In this document: positions 25,086 through 39,200 of the stretch, piece after piece
How positions within the stretch are numbered: the stretch's first letter is position 1
Layout of the letters: each line of letters opens with the position of its first letter
DNA from: Camelus ferus
Lineage: Eukaryota
Direction of reading: 5' to 3'
DNA length: 64,000 nt
NCBI RefSeq assembly: GCF_009834535.1
Contig: NC_045696.1
Location: 111,044,001 to 111,108,000 of the forward strand
Position numbers and translations under genes: made by a program
Notes under the pieces: generated by a model
The model's input: only the letters and a program-made list of their open reading frames with translations
The model's database searches: none
What the model was told of the DNA's origin: nothing

Positions 25086-26664
25086 GAAAACAGAATTTTG
25101 CCTAAATTACACAAGTAATGTTGTCAATCCCCTATTCTGACAATTACATATTCACTTGTCTTTTTATTTAATACATTAGCATTTAATAACCATCTCTTTT
25201 GGTCCAGGCACTGTACCATGCATCTGAGTTAATAAAGATGACTACTAGATTTCCTACTCTCAGACCTAGCAGGGGAGAGAGTTGCAAACAATACTGTAGG
25301 TGCAATAATGGAGATACAAACAGAGTGTCAGATCTGGGGCAATCAGTACCCTAGTGCCTGCTCATCATTAAGTGAAATGACACAACCACGTTGTCAAGTA
25401 TTTTTCAAAATGTTAACCCGATTATAGCCTCCTCCTGGGAGTCTTGGTTGAAGACAAGCTGCTTGACAACTTTCACCCATTTCAGCACAATTTTAGACTC
25501 TATGAGAGGCTTTAAACCTAAAGTTTTCTTTAGCAGGAAGCATTTTAGGCATTTATTCCAGCAATCTCCATACCTTGGGCAATCCTGGTCCCCAGAAAAT
25601 AGCCAGCAAGGTTCTAGAAGCATTGAAAATGTTTGCTAAATATTTGTCAAACTGAACTGAATTAAATTTGGATTTGCGTTGCAAAGAAAGACTACTTGAA
25701 AAAACATGATTCCTGGTATTATAGGTGGGATTTGGGAAAAGCACAATGAAATTTCTTTTTGTTTACCTCCACGTTAGCTGTAGTTCAGAGAAAAGAACTC
25801 CCACCAGGTGTAAAATGTAGATAGGGGATTAGAAGATAAGAGGACACTGGTTGGGATTTGAAAAATGATCAGGAGAGGTTTTCATTTATCCCTAGGTAGA
25901 CACGACAGATCCTTGATAGTCATATCCTCCCTAAAAGGTTTAATTCCCCAACCACTCTGTCTGGCATTGACGGGATTGCTGATTACCAGTTGCATGCTTG
26001 CTGAATATTTACGAAGAGCAAATCCAGCCACTCAGTGTGCAGTTCAATAAAACTGACAACCATAGAGGAAACACTGGCCTTGAGGTGCTATAGTTGCTAT
26101 AAAAGATCCAGGACTGTCTAGTCCTGACACTTTTTAATTCTACCGTTAACACTGTAGCCTTGGATACAAACTCTGCTCCTGGCTCAGAAAGTGATTCTGT
26201 CACCAGTATCATAGCTTCATCCTACAACAGACACACTGTACTGTTGTGGCATCTTCTCATCTACAATTCCAGAGGTTGGGCTGAAATTTATCTTTTCACT
26301 GTAGACCAAATATATATGGTTCAAAGGGTTTGCTGAGCAAATGGGTAGAATAAACATGGGGGGTGTTGATCTGCCTTCAGGGTAAAGGCCAACAAATTAA
26401 TTTCAATCTCTTTAGCAGGTCCCTTGGTGTTCACAAAATGGAGTTTCTTACCAATCTGGTAAAAGATTCTAGAGATTCTCTAAAACCCAGAGCCTTATGT
26501 ATCTAGTCTCCCTCCTCCACTGCCCAGACAGCAGTGTCCTTTCTGTTACTTCCTCCATTATCATTATTGTCAACCTACCATATACCAGGCACTGTAATGA
26601 ACAGTTCATTTAAGTGATCCATTAATTTTATTTAATCCTCTTATATGAAAAGATTCCAACTCCC

Positions 26665-27290
26665 AACATCAGTGTGGGGTGTTCTTAGCCTGCTCCATTC
26701 AAGTCCGAATTTCAGGAACAATTACCTAACACCAATAACCCTCCAATGTCCTTGGGCCCCTTTTATGCTTTCAAATATGCTGACATGGGTCATGGAAGAG
26801 ACCCTCACAGAGTAGCCCAAAACTATGACTGTCAGTGATACGAAGCATGGGCAAGATGTTGGCCTGCTTACATTGCAACTTAAGAAGTGACTTGCAGGGT
26901 CTCTGGGTATGAAACAGGTGACATTGTGACTTGCTCAAGGGAAGCTAGCCAGCCTTAGCAAATTTCACCCCAGCGGGAACCTCAGGATTGGTGAGCTCCT
27001 TCACACTCCTCGGCAGGACAATAGTGACTCTGCAGCGTCCTTGTGCTGGTCTGTATACCTCAGCATTTTCCACACTGCCAAGCCCCCCTCTGAAGTCTGG
27101 GCCCCAAGGTTTCTACACCTTCTGATTTGGCATCTCTTCTCCTTGGGTTTCCACCAATGATCCCCTTTCCCTTCTACACTGAAGCCCTCATCATGCTCCT
27201 TTTACTCCAAGAAAGAGTGCATGAGATATCTAGACATACCTCATTTCTCTGGATCCGAGCCCCTAATCATGATTTACACACACACACACA
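26665..27290. mobile_element. Possible ancient ERVL-type LTR
   Basis: GC-richer block with LTR-like composition; family not identified. Confidence 0.35.
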
Positions 27291-27519
27291 TAAAATGTGT
27301 TTATTCTACCCCAAGTGTGTGATAGGATTGGAATTAGGGGCAAAAATATGGGCCCAATTGTTTCCAGAGAAAGAAAAATAAAGTTGAGTGTTGTCTTGAA
27401 AATTTGAATAGACTGCATACTACTGGGAAAAAGGAGAGCACAGAGGCCAGTCTGTGTGTTCTCAGGTCAGTCTGGCTGGGTTCAAAACTAGATTCTACCC
27501 CTGACTAGTGAATCACCCG

Positions 27520-27746
27520 AATCAGCTGGCAAAAAAATTTTCATTGTTAATAATAAATATTTTGGCTTTGTGGGCCATGTAGTTTCTGTCACAACTACTC
27601 AACTCTACCACTGTAGATGAGAGCAGCTACTTGCATTATATAAACAAATGAGTATGACCGTGTTCCAATAAAACTTTACTTAAAAAAAGAAACAAAACAT
27701 GTATTGGGCTGGATTTAGTCCACAGGCTGTAGTTTATCAACCCCTG
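27520..27746. mobile_element. MER58A-like hAT-Charlie MITE
   Basis: ggctttgtgggccatgtagtttctgtcacaactactcaactct...tgttccaataaaacttt...gtagtttatcaacccctg. Confidence 0.85.
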
Positions 27747-27766
27747 ACCTAAGCAAAATTACTTAG

Positions 27767-28142
27767 TACTATGGGCTGAATATGTTTGTCTCCAAAATTG
27801 AATCCTACCCTTGAGTCCTAATCCCAGTGCGATGGCACTTGGAGGTGGTTGGGAGGGGATTTCAAAGGTGATTAGATCATGAAGGTGGAGACCGCATGAA
27901 CGAGATTAGTGCCCTTTTAAAAGGGACCCCCGAGAGCTCCTTTGCACTTTCTGTCCTGTGAGTATACAGTGAGAAGGTAGCCATCTATGACCCAGGGAGC
28001 GAGCTCTCACCAGATACTGAACCTGCTGGCACCTTTATCTTGGACTTTGCATCCTCTGGAATAGTGAGAAACAAGTGCTTGCTGTTTAAACCACCCAATG
28101 TATGGCTTTATTTTTTCATAGCAGCCCCGAAAGACTAAAACA
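27767..28142 (+). mobile_element. MLT1A-like solo LTR
   Basis: tactatgggctgaat...tagcagccccgaaagactaaaaca, flanked by 5-bp cttag / cttaa (MaLR-size TSD). Confidence 0.9.
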
Positions 28143-28269
28143 CTTAACCTCTCTGACCTTATCTATAAAATGGGGATAATAAAATAATACTAATACTAAT
28201 ATAAATTACTTAAAAGTGTATCTGACACTCAAGGAATTCTATTACTGTTGTTATTATTATTATATGAAT

Positions 28270-28575
28270 TTATGTCCAACTGCCTACTCAGTGATTGTGT
28301 TTTCAAATTTAACAAATCCCAAACTGAAGACTTAATCCTCCTATCAAACCTGCTCCTTTCAGGAATTTCTCCACTTTAGTTGATGATAATTCTATCCTCA
28401 GTTGCTCAGACCAAAACTGTGGAATCAATGCCAACTCTAGTCTTCCTCTCATATCCTATATTCAATCCAGTAGGACATCCTATTGGGTATGTATCTAAAC
28501 ATATCCAAAACCTGATGGTTTCTCCTCATTTCCACTGCAACACCTGGTGTGAGCCCCCATAGTCTCTTGGCTATA
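28270..28575 (+). mobile_element. L2 fragment
   Basis: tccaactgcctactc...caaatttaacaaatcccaaactga...cagttgctcagaccaaaac. Confidence 0.7.
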
Positions 28576-28944
28576 ATTGGGCTTTTTCATGGAAGCTTGA
28601 GGAAAATTATCCTCCCATTTTTTTCTTTCTGACCAGTTTCACCCTCTCTCCTGCAGCTCATTAAATTATGTTAGTTTTGATTCTTTATAAGTATCTTGAG
28701 AACTTTTTAAAGTAAATGGGCAATATTTTCTTCTCTAATATATCATCACTGGAGAATCTTGAGCATTAAACATAGGAAATAAAATTACACAATCCATGCA
28801 GGAAAATTGCCAATGAAAACAGGAGGACGGTGACTTAAATTTTCTGTGGCTACTTAAGTCCTTGCACCTTACCAGATGCCAGGTAGAGGACTGTTCTGTA
28901 GGAGCTAGTTATTTCTTCCTCCTAACCAAGAAGTGGTAAGTCGG

Positions 28945-29025
28945 GGCAGGGCTGGGATGAGGGCAAGGCCAGTGAGGTATTTGCCTCTGGTGCAAAACTT
29001 AAGAGGTTGCCCAAAACTCTGTAGC
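28945..29025. mobile_element. MER91-like hAT-Tip100 fragment
   Basis: cagggctgggatgagggcaaggccagtgagg...tgcctctggtgcaaaacttaagagg. Confidence 0.55.
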
Positions 29026-29459
29026 TCCTGGCATAACCACCTGTTTTGGTCAGTGAAATTTAATTAGAAGAGAGCTCTCCATTTCTGAGGGAGATGGGTA
29101 GCAACTCCAGAGGTAGAGTAGTAGGGAGCTGCATGGGCAAGCTGCCCAGCCAGTCTCTGTGCCTATCGCTGACTCCCACCATCAAGCATCACCTTCCAAA
29201 TGACCCTGGTGCAATGGAAAGGAAATCAGGCTGGAAAGCTCGTGACAAGTATTCTATTCCAGGCGCTACCCCTCCCTGGACAAGATTTGTAATCTCTCCT
29301 CATCCATGAAATAAAGGTATGGACTTCATCATCCTCAAAGGTTGTAGGCTTTTAAAATTCAACCAAATGAAGTTACTGAACTTTCTCTGGATACTTATTC
29401 CTGTATATGATTTGTCTTGCTCCCCGAATCCTCTATAATCACACTTTTCCTTTTTCCAG

Positions 29460-32145
29460 TCAAGTTCCTTTTATTCTGATTCCCCCTCCTCCCACCCCCA
29501 CTTCTGGTAACCACAAATCTCATCTCTTTTTCTATGAGTTTTTTGTTTGTTTAATTTTGAAGTATAACTGACTTATGACAGTACGTCAGTTCCTGTTACA
29601 CAACGTAGTGATTCAGTATTTATATACGCTTCAAGATGATCACCATGATAAGTCTAACTATGATATGTCACCACACAAAGACACTACATAGTTATTGATT
29701 ATATTCCCCACGCTGGACATTTCATATCTGTTGACCCATTTATTTTGCAACTAGAATTTGTGCCTCAATCTCCCTCACCTATTTCTTTCCTTCCCTCATC
29801 CCCCTCCCCTCTGGCAGCCATCTGTTTGTTCTCTGTATATGTAACTATATTTCTGTTTTGTTTGTTCATTTTTTGTTTGTTTGTTTTGTAGATTCCACAT
29901 ATAAATGAAATCACTTAGCAGTAAACTCTCTATGTTGTTGCAAATGGCAAGATTTTATTCTCTTTTTGTGGCTAATAGTCCATTGTATATGTAATAGTCC
30001 ATCTGTATATTTATATCTACAATATAGATGGATATATGTATATCTATATTTATCTTCTTTATCCATTCATCTCTTGATGGGCATTTAGGTTGTTTCCATG
30101 TCTTGGCTATTGTAAATAAATGTTGCAATGAATATATGGGTGCTTATATCTTTTCTAATTAGTGTTTTTACTTTCTTTGGATAAATACCTAGGAGTGGAA
30201 TTGCTGGATCATATAGTAGTTCTATTTTTAATTTTTTGAGGAATATCCATACTGTTTTCCATACTGGCTCAGCCAGTTTACATTCCTACCAACAGTGCAC
30301 TAGAGTTCCCTTCTCTCCACATCCTTGTGGAGCCACACTTGTTATTTGTTGTCGTTTTTATAACGGCCGTTTTGACAGGTGTGAGGTGGTATCTCGTTGT
30401 GGTTTTGGTTTGCATTTCCCTGCTAATAAGTGATGTTGAGCATCTTTTCATGTGCTTGTTGGCCATCTGCACATCTTCTTTGGGAAAATATCTATTCAGA
30501 TACTTTACTCATTTTTCAACTGGGTTGTTTGTTTTTTGATGTTGAGTTGTGTCAGTTCTTCATATAATTTGAGTATTAACCCTTAACAAACACATTGGTT
30601 TCAAACTTCTTGTTTTGTGGATAGTTTCCTTCACTGTGCAAAAGCTTTTTGGTTTGATATAGTCTGATTTATTTAGTTTGCTTTTGTTTCCTTTGCCTGA
30701 GGAGAAATATCCAAAAAAATATGACTAAAACTGGTGTCAAAGAGAGTAACACTTATGTTTTCTTCACCAAATTTTGTGGTTTCAGGTCCCACATATAAGT
30801 CTTTAATACATTTTAAATTTATTTTTGTGCATGGCATGAGAGAGTAGTCCAGTCTGATTCGTTTGCATGTAGCTGTTCAGTTTTCCCAACACCATTTATT
30901 AGAGAGGCTGCCTTTTTCACATTTTATATTCCTGCTTCCATTGTGGTAGGTTAGTGGCCTGTATCCATGTGCACTCATTTCTGGACCTTCTATTCTGTTC
31001 CATTGAGCTATGTATCTATTTTTGTGCCAGTATCATATTGTTTTGATTACTATAGTTTTGTAGTATAGTTTGAAATCCAGGAACATGATACCTCCAGCTT
31101 TGTTCTTTCTCAAGATGGTTTTGTTTTTTCAGTCTTTTGTGTTTGCATACAAATTTTAGAATTATTTGTTCTAGTTCTGTGAAAAATGTTACTTGTATTT
31201 CGATAGGAATTTCATTGAATCTAGATTGCCTTGGGCAGTATGGGCATTTTTATTAATTCTTTCAATCAACGAACATGGTATATCTTTCCATCTGTGTGAT
31301 CTTCATTTTCTTTCATCAGTGTCTTAGAATTATCTGAGTCTTTTAGTTCTTCAATTAGATTTATCCATAGGTATTTTATTCTTTTAAAATTTGGTTGTAA
31401 ATGGGATTGTTTCCCTAATTTATCTTTCCGATATTTTGTTGTTAGTGTATAGAAATGCAGCAGATTTCTATACATTAATTTTGTATCTGGCAACATTACT
31501 GAATTTATTGATGAATTCTAGTAGTTCGTTGGTGGTATCTTTAGGATTTTGTATGTATAATATCATGTCATCTGCAAATAGGGACGGTTTTACCCCTTTC
31601 TTTTTGATATGGATATCTTGCATTTCTTTTTCTTGTCTGAGTGCTGTGAATAAGACTTCCAATACTATGCTGAATAATAGTGGTGAGAGTAGGCAACCCT
31701 GTCTTGTTCCTGATCTTACAGGAAATGCTTTCCACTGTTCACCATTGAGTATAATGTTAGTTGTGAGCTTGCTATATATGGCCTTTAAAATGTTGAACTA
31801 TATTACCTCTACACCCACATTATGGAGAGTTTTTATTATAAATAGATATTGAATTTTGTCAAAAGCTTTTTCTGCATTTATTGAGACAATCATATGATTT
31901 TTATTCCTCAGTTTGTTAATGTGGTGTATCACATTATTGATTTCTGGATTTTGAACCATCCTTGCATCCCTGGAGTAAATCCATTTGATCATGGTTTATA
32001 ATCCTTTTAATGTATTGTTGAATTTGGTTTGCTAATATTTTGTTGAAGATATTTACATCTATGTACGTCAGTAATAATGGCCTGTAATTTTGGTTTTTTT
32101 GTGTATGATATTGTCACTTGACTTTGGTATCAGGATGAAGCTGAA
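29460..32145 (-). mobile_element. Middle-aged 5'-truncated L1 (RT to 3' UTR), degenerate
   Basis: Minus-strand ORFs with [13 protein letters not shown] (RT active site, 31468-31662), [11 protein letters not shown] (31798-31992) and RYHLTPVK (30278-30472). Confidence 0.93.
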
Positions 32146-32924
32146 TTGGACACTATTTTAACCATGTATTAAACATGGATTTAACCAGCACAGAAGACAA
32201 AATAAATTGAGGTCCCCATCCTCAAGTATATCAATTTTTATGAACACCAATAAGTCTATTTCCTCCTTAAATGTTTAATGAATTTCTGTGGACACTAATA
32301 TGAACCATTTCTTTGTCTGTCTCTCACCTGTTTCATTTCCCACTAAAAATAAAGAAAACCACTCAACTCATACTAGCTTTTTATCTAACTGATAGTAATC
32401 ACGATTTCCACCCTTTTTCCTGTCAGTGAAAAAATTTTCCATTCACCACTCAGGAAAAAAGTGCCAGCCTGGACTGATTGCCAGAAAGACCTGCATCTTG
32501 TACAAAACCCAGTGACTAATAAGCAAACAAGCACTCCAACGAGCACCATTCATCATTAAGGTTGGCTTAGGGAATATTTTCTCATTTCCACTCAAAATAG
32601 TACCTTCCAGGCCATTAGTCTTCAGGCAACATTTGCAGCCCTGCTCTCCCAGATCTTTTCCAAGCAAAACTTGTCTTCATGAATATGGAACCTAGCATCT
32701 TTTATTTCCATGTTCACCCACTCATTTTCTGCCTACACTCATGCTCTGTCATCTCTATACAATTATACTAGACAGTCGATATTCTCAGAGAAGCCAGAAT
32801 CATAAACAAAGAAATTGTCCTAGAGAGCTTGAATAATCAGTGAATGTAGTTGACATACGTCACAGTTTCTCTGAGACTCCTTTGTTCTGATTATTGGAGA
32901 AACTATTTAAAAAAAAATTTTTTT

Positions 32925-33066
32925 GTTTTGTTTTGTTGTTGTTTTGTTTTGAGGGGAAGATAATTAGATTTGTTTATTTATTTATTAATGGAGGTACTGG
33001 GGATTGAACCCAAGACCTCATGCATGCTAAGCACGCACTCTACCACTGAGCTATATGCTCCACACC
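32925..33066 (-). mobile_element. tRNA-Ala-derived SINE (camelid Vic-1-like)
   Basis: Minus strand reads tagctcagtggtag (A box), cttAGCatg (anticodon-like loop), gggttcaatcccc (B box), then (aaat)n and an A-rich tail. Confidence 0.85.
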
Positions 33067-33719
33067 ACCCATCCCGAGACTAATTTTTTTTGAGTAAATT
33101 TTAAACATAACATTGTTTTTAAGGGCCATTTTCTCACAAATAATGTTTTACAAACAAGGGTGTCTCTTGTTTCTCATAAAAGTGACTCTGTTATTGTTTT
33201 AAGCACATAAAAGCATTTTATAGTCCTTTGTGTTTGTAAAAACATTATGAAATTAGAATAACTTAAGTTTTTAAAAGAATTATCTTTAATCTCACTATCT
33301 AAATATAAGAATGTTTTTATTCTTACGTATCTCCTTCCAATCTTAGTCTCTATACCTAACTATATTTTTTAAGTTGCAATATTTTTATATGTGCAAGCTT
33401 ACTTAACTTCCATCACAGGATTTTCCCGTTAAACAGTCTCCACTGGTACCATTTTTTAATGAGAGATTAAGAATCCAATGGGTGACTAGATAATCGTTTG
33501 TGATAGTAACACCCTATGTTGCCCTAATGTTAGTAAAGCAACTTTGTGGGGTATAGATTCAAATTCCACTTCTACCTACTATCTCTTTTATCTGTGCCTA
33601 CTAGAAAGACTCTGTTTTTTGAATTCCTTGAAGCTCGGATTCCATCATAATCATGCAACCCAGCAAAATGTAGGTGCGAGTTTTCTTGGTGTCATTTCTT
33701 TCTCTTTCTTTTCTCCTCC

Positions 33720-33975
33720 TCCACCCCTAACCCTAACCTCTAAAATGCAAAGATGAGGCTACAGCAGCCATCCTGTAACCATGAGGCTACAGGCATTGAA
33801 GAGTACACACAAGACAGCAAAACAGAATGACAGAAGAACTCGGAATTTTGAGCCATTGCACTGGCCCTAAAGCACCTAATTCCAGATTTGATATTATGAA
33901 GACAAATAATCTCATCTATTTTAAACCATTGGGGTTACATTTTCATTATTTGCAGCTGTACTCATTAATGACACA
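33720..33975 (+). mobile_element. Old MLT1 LTR 3' half
   Basis: cagcagccatcctgtaaccatgagg...ttttaaaccattg...tttgcagctg...aatgacaca. Confidence 0.7.
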
Positions 33976-34609
33976 GTTGATAAGCCATTAGATTCTTCTT
34001 ACTATACCTGAGGGAGTCACACCATAAAAGACTCCCCAGTTATAACACAGCAATGTTACCAACCATGACCCTGATGATGACACAGTAGTAGCTGCCATGC
34101 AGCTTCCATGTTGGTTTTCCTCATGCAGTACAGGGAGCAGACAGGGGAACTGGATATGCTTATACAAATTCTTCACCTCTGCTGGCTCTCAGTCAGTTAA
34201 GGTAATGCTTTCCCGTCCACCTATCCAAGACTTGTTAGGATCAAAGTATAAATACCCAGATGAGGACAGTAGAGAACAGCTATTGGGAGCATCTGATGAT
34301 ATTTGTTCTGTATGTGTTTATTTATTAAACAAATGTTGAGTGTCTATTATGAGCTAGACATTGGGTTAGACATTGGGATATTCAGATAGTTGACTAAGGA
34401 AATTTCTTAGCTGCAACTTGGTCTGAAGCACCACTGGGCCATATATGAGGCAGTATAATAGAGAACACTTGGAGAGAAGGAGCCCAAACTGAAAAGATAC
34501 TAAGTAAGTGGCTGCTAAGAAAATAGAGAAGGTTGGTTGTAGGTCCAAAGTAAAAGGCAGATTAGCAGAAAGAGCAAAAGATGGTGAATACAGACAAACA
34601 CTTTTTGTT

Positions 34610-35810
34610 TTTACTTAAAAAAAATCAGAACATATATGTATATACCACATACAGGAAGGTACACCTGTCACCTATAATAATTGTACAGCTCCATAATTTT
34701 TAACAAATTGAATACATTTGTGTAACCAGAACCCAGACCAAGAAGGAAAATATGGCCGGCACCCCCAAAGTCCCCCTCCTGCTTCTTTCTAGTCACAATA
34801 TCGCCAGGGGTAAAACTATTTTACTTTTTAACATTGTAAAAAAATTTTGTCCATTTTGTTGCTTAATTGTTTTTTTTAATTGAGGTATAGTCAGTTTACA
34901 ATGTTGTGTCAATTTCTGGTGTACAGCCCAATATTATTTTGTTACGTTATATTAATGGGACCATTCAGTAGGCACTCCTCTGTGTCTAGCTCCTTTTGCT
35001 AAATTTTATATTAGCAAAATTCACTCATGTTGGTACGTAAAATTATCACTCTTCTCATCGCTGTACAGTTTTCCACTGTGTTGCTGACCCACGATCTCTC
35101 TTTCTATTCTACCTTTGATGAATATTTGAGCAGTTTCCAGTTGGAGGCTAATTGCAAAAATATAGAAAAATTCACATACATAGGTTTGGTATACTTATGT
35201 AAGCATTTTTGCTGGGTGTGTATACTTAGGAGTGGATTTGCTGGGCCATCACATAGGTGTATATTTAGTTTTGGAGAAACTGCCAAACACTTTTACCAAC
35301 ATTATTATACAAATTCATATTTCAGCAGTGGTGTATGACAGTTCCAGCTGCTGCAAAATCTTTGCAACGCCAGGTTGTTTGCATCATTTTCAATTTAGCC
35401 ACATAGTTCCACTGTGGTGTACAGTAGTTTCCCCTTATTTCTCTGTTTTTTATGCTAAAATGCCTTATTAAAATGTAATTTAAATATTATTGAAATTGCT
35501 CAACTCTTAAGGGTAAAGCTCAATGAATTTTCGCAAATGTATACACCCATGTAACAGCCACTTGCCGTGTAAGGATGTAGAATATTTCTGTGTCACAACA
35601 TTCACTATCCTCTCTGGACACACGCTTGTAATTTCTAACACCATAGATTGGTTTCGTCTGTTCTTGAACTTCTTACAAATGGAAACATACAGTACACTCC
35701 TGAGTCTAGGTTCTTTAGCTCAACATATTGAGATTAATCCATTCTTGGGTATATTAATGATTTGCTCTTTTTCTTTGCTGGGTAGTATTTTATTGTATAG
35801 TACTTTTTTA
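34610..35810 (-). mobile_element. Ancient L1 3' fragments with a tiny younger L1 tail inserted at about 34861-34935
   Basis: Antisense L1M 3' UTR motifs; the small insert tttttttaattgaggtatagtcagtttacaatgttgtgtcaatttctgg is flanked by attttgtt repeats. Confidence 0.75.
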
Positions 35811-38800
35811 AAGGCAAAAGGCCAGGCCCACCCAAACTAAACCTGATCTTCCAGGGACCCAGGAATCTACACCAATTTTAACACTAGCCTTTGTAGAATC
35901 GTAACAGTTTGGCATAAATGTGTGGTCTAACTTAGCCTTAGCTGATTTATAAACTTGGTTCTCTCTAGAGCAATCTCATTTTGGTGGATGTAGCCTGACA
36001 TGACCCATTACTGTCAGAATGCTTATTCTGTTCTCTGCTTCGTGTCTTCCTCTTTTCACATTTTCCTTCCTACACAGATTTCAGCTTTTTACACTGAATT
36101 TATAAATGAAACCATACCATTTAAGTAAGAATGTCCACTGAAAATTCCTAGTGCCATAGAAGCTTATGGAAATTTGACCCAAGTGTAGTTGAAGTCCCTA
36201 GAATTACAGTTACCCGCATCTCCCATCTCTGGGACAAGTCATCATTTTCTCTGCCTTGTTTCCTAGTACTTTGTGAAGGCTTCTGTTACAGCTCTCGGTT
36301 CTCTGTGGTAGTTAGGATTTGGACCTTTTAAATATGGTGACTCCTTTAGGTCAGTAAATTGGTGCATTTTAGCAAACTCCTGCCAAGCATGACTTAGTGC
36401 CAGATACCAAAGGAAGAGAGAGAACAAAATTGTACCTCTGAGGGGGTCTAGCTCGAGCTTGTTTGGCACCTGGAAGGAATTCAGTAAATGTAAATTATTT
36501 GTTCCTCAGATGCACTGTCTTAAATGGGTTGGGCAAGGAGACTGTTAAATTGTGTTTTCAAATGATTATATTCTATCCAGATCAAAGTGTATCTTCAAAG
36601 TTCAGAAAATGGAAATGTTCAAACACCTTGAAATAGGTTTTTGAAATAGCTGAAATTCGGGGCCTTCTCTTTCTTCCCTTAAAATAAAAATCTGCTGGAA
36701 GAAAACTTAAAACAGTGTAATCTTTAGTAGCAAATTAGATTATTAAATGCTACCGGAAACACCAAAGCGGGATTAACTAGAAAAGGAGGGAGAGAAAGCA
36801 GGGTGCTTCTGGAATCACAGTGGTGCCAAATAAATGAAATGTTGATTTCGTTTGGGGGAGTATAGTCTCTATTATGCGTTTTGAGTATCATATTTTCCTG
36901 TAGCATATTTTCCTGTTCTACCCCTGGCTAAATAAGAGGGCTAGACTGAAACACGTAGCCAATAGGCCATAACTCAGCTCACCATTCAAACTGATGTTCT
37001 TTGTTTTTGTTTAACATTTATTGGTGAGCAGCTAAGTGTTCGTTAATAAAATTGTAGACTCCATTCTATATATTCAAAATAAGGCATTTATTGTATGTAT
37101 TCACATAATACAAGGCTGTGATTTATTTGAAATTACCTTTCATGTCACTGTATTTTGGTACTTGTAGCTGACTACGGATGGTCATTTTCACTCCCTATGG
37201 ACAGACATAACGTATATGCACCAAGCAACGAAATATCTCCTGAAATACTCTCGTGAATGTTGAATACTTGCCACTTCTCTGTAGTTCCTGTTCTCACTCC
37301 AGTTTTCTTTTTCGTAATGCATATGACATGGCTTGATGCTTAGTGATTAGGATCAGTCACTCCTCATCACGCTGGAACAGCACTTCCCAGTCATGCTTTG
37401 GTTTCTGCTTGAGGTACGAACCTCAGACTCAGCCTTCCCAACTGGTTGACTTCAGTTCAGGTTGGTGAATTCTGCTTTGTTTGTTTTTTTGTTTGTTTGT
37501 TTAATTTTCCTGTTACTGTTACTTTGTGTTATTTTTTCTTTTCTTTTCTTTCTTCCCTCTCCTTATCTTCTTTTATTCCTCTAAGACAGTGGGCATTTCT
37601 GAGGGAGGAGACTGTATTTACACTTTGTCCATTATAGACAACGCTATGTGTGAAAATCTGAGTTACCTGGAGTCATTCTCCTGTTTAATTTCAGTGCTCA
37701 CATGACCTGACATCCGGTTCTTATGGGATATTCACCAAAAGAAGGCTGAAGAAACTAGTTTAATGAACTGTTAAGGCAAGATTTGGGGTTCCCTAGGAAG
37801 ACATTAATAGAAAGATTATCCAATTGTTATTTCATATTAATATTTAATGTATTAAAATTAATTAAATATTCTAGTTTTTTCTCATTTTAAGTTATACTTA
37901 CATATCTTTTTATTTTACTTATAAATTTAGCAAAATATACCACTCTATACCACTCAGTTTTAAAGGGACTTCGACTAATATTCTGTTCTATTTATAACTT
38001 TAAATTTTAAACTCTTTTGAACATTATAAATTCAATTTATAAATTTAATGTATTAATACATTAATTAATTAATTAATACATTAAATTTCTTTTTTAAGAC
38101 CTTCAGATAACTGGCATGCGAAAAATATTCTTAAGTACCTAAACCACCTTTTCAAATCTGGAAATTAAGCTTATAAAAAATAGAAATTTTAAATTTGTAT
38201 TAAGCAGTCTCACATTGTATATATGCGTAGTGAAATTTCAACCTCAAGTCATACATTTAAATCAGTTGCTGTTACACATTTCACATTGGAATCACAAAGC
38301 TGATATGTTACTCTCAAAGGCAAAATTATTTTAAATATCACAAACTCTTAAAATATCAATCACATATATCATACAAAATATTAATACCATAATTCCCTTA
38401 AGCATGTCTACATTTATTTCCAAATTTTCTCAATGTTAAGAGATTCTTATTTGCTAACAAAAATTATAGTATCTAAACAATTTTGAAATTACCTTCTCAA
38501 CTTGTGAAAGTTACCTAAGAACTAGAGATACTGTCTAGGACCCTGATTACAATTTATTTGCAGACTTTTAATGATCATTGTGTCAGAGACAGTAAACAAG
38601 GCAGATCGCCTACCATCTTGGGTGGTGAATCCTATCAGCATCTCATTCTTTTGTCTGTTTAAGGACATTTGCAATCCATGCTGTTTTAACCTCTACTGGA
38701 TTCAACTGCTTGTTTAATTCTGCGTTATTTTCATCATCTTCCCAGCTATTAGGTCTGTACAGCTTCAAGTGATACCACATTTCTGAAGAGTCAGACGTGC

Positions 38801-39064
38801 CATTACAAAGGCATGGCCAAAAAGGACTGGGATGCACACTCTGAAAAAATACAGAGACAAGAATGTAGGAAGGCAAGGGATCGAAATCTAGTTAACCAGT
38901 GTACTCAGAAGATGCTTTTACTGTGTCAAGTTCAGAACCATTGCTATGCACTGAAAATCCATCCTCTTTTATTCATAATAAGCAGTCAATAAGCTTATTA
39001 ATATCTACCATTGTCTACCCTCCATTGCTTAAAAAAAAAAAAAGGAAGAAACAGGCAAAAGAAA

Positions 39065-39200
39065 CTGATTGTTTAAATACCTATTATGCACCAGACATTC
39101 TATCTGCACTCGACAACCCTGGGAAGCAGGAAATATCAGTTTTATTTTACAGATGAGGAAAATGAGGCTCACAGGGGAGAACCAATTACAACCTAGAAAT
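39065..39200 (-). mobile_element. MIR fragment
   Basis: ttttacagatgaggaaaatgaggctcacag. Confidence 0.75.

Larger units (their letters stand above)
27455..28260 (+). mobile_element. MIR split by MER58A-like and MLT1A-like insertions
   Basis: ctgggttcaaaactagattctacc...(inserts)...cttaacctctctgacc...tctataaaatggggataat. Confidence 0.7.

Noticed and set aside
32990..33060. Functional tRNA-Ala gene
   Set aside because: The acceptor stem does not pair cleanly and the head is followed by a SINE body and A-rich tail.
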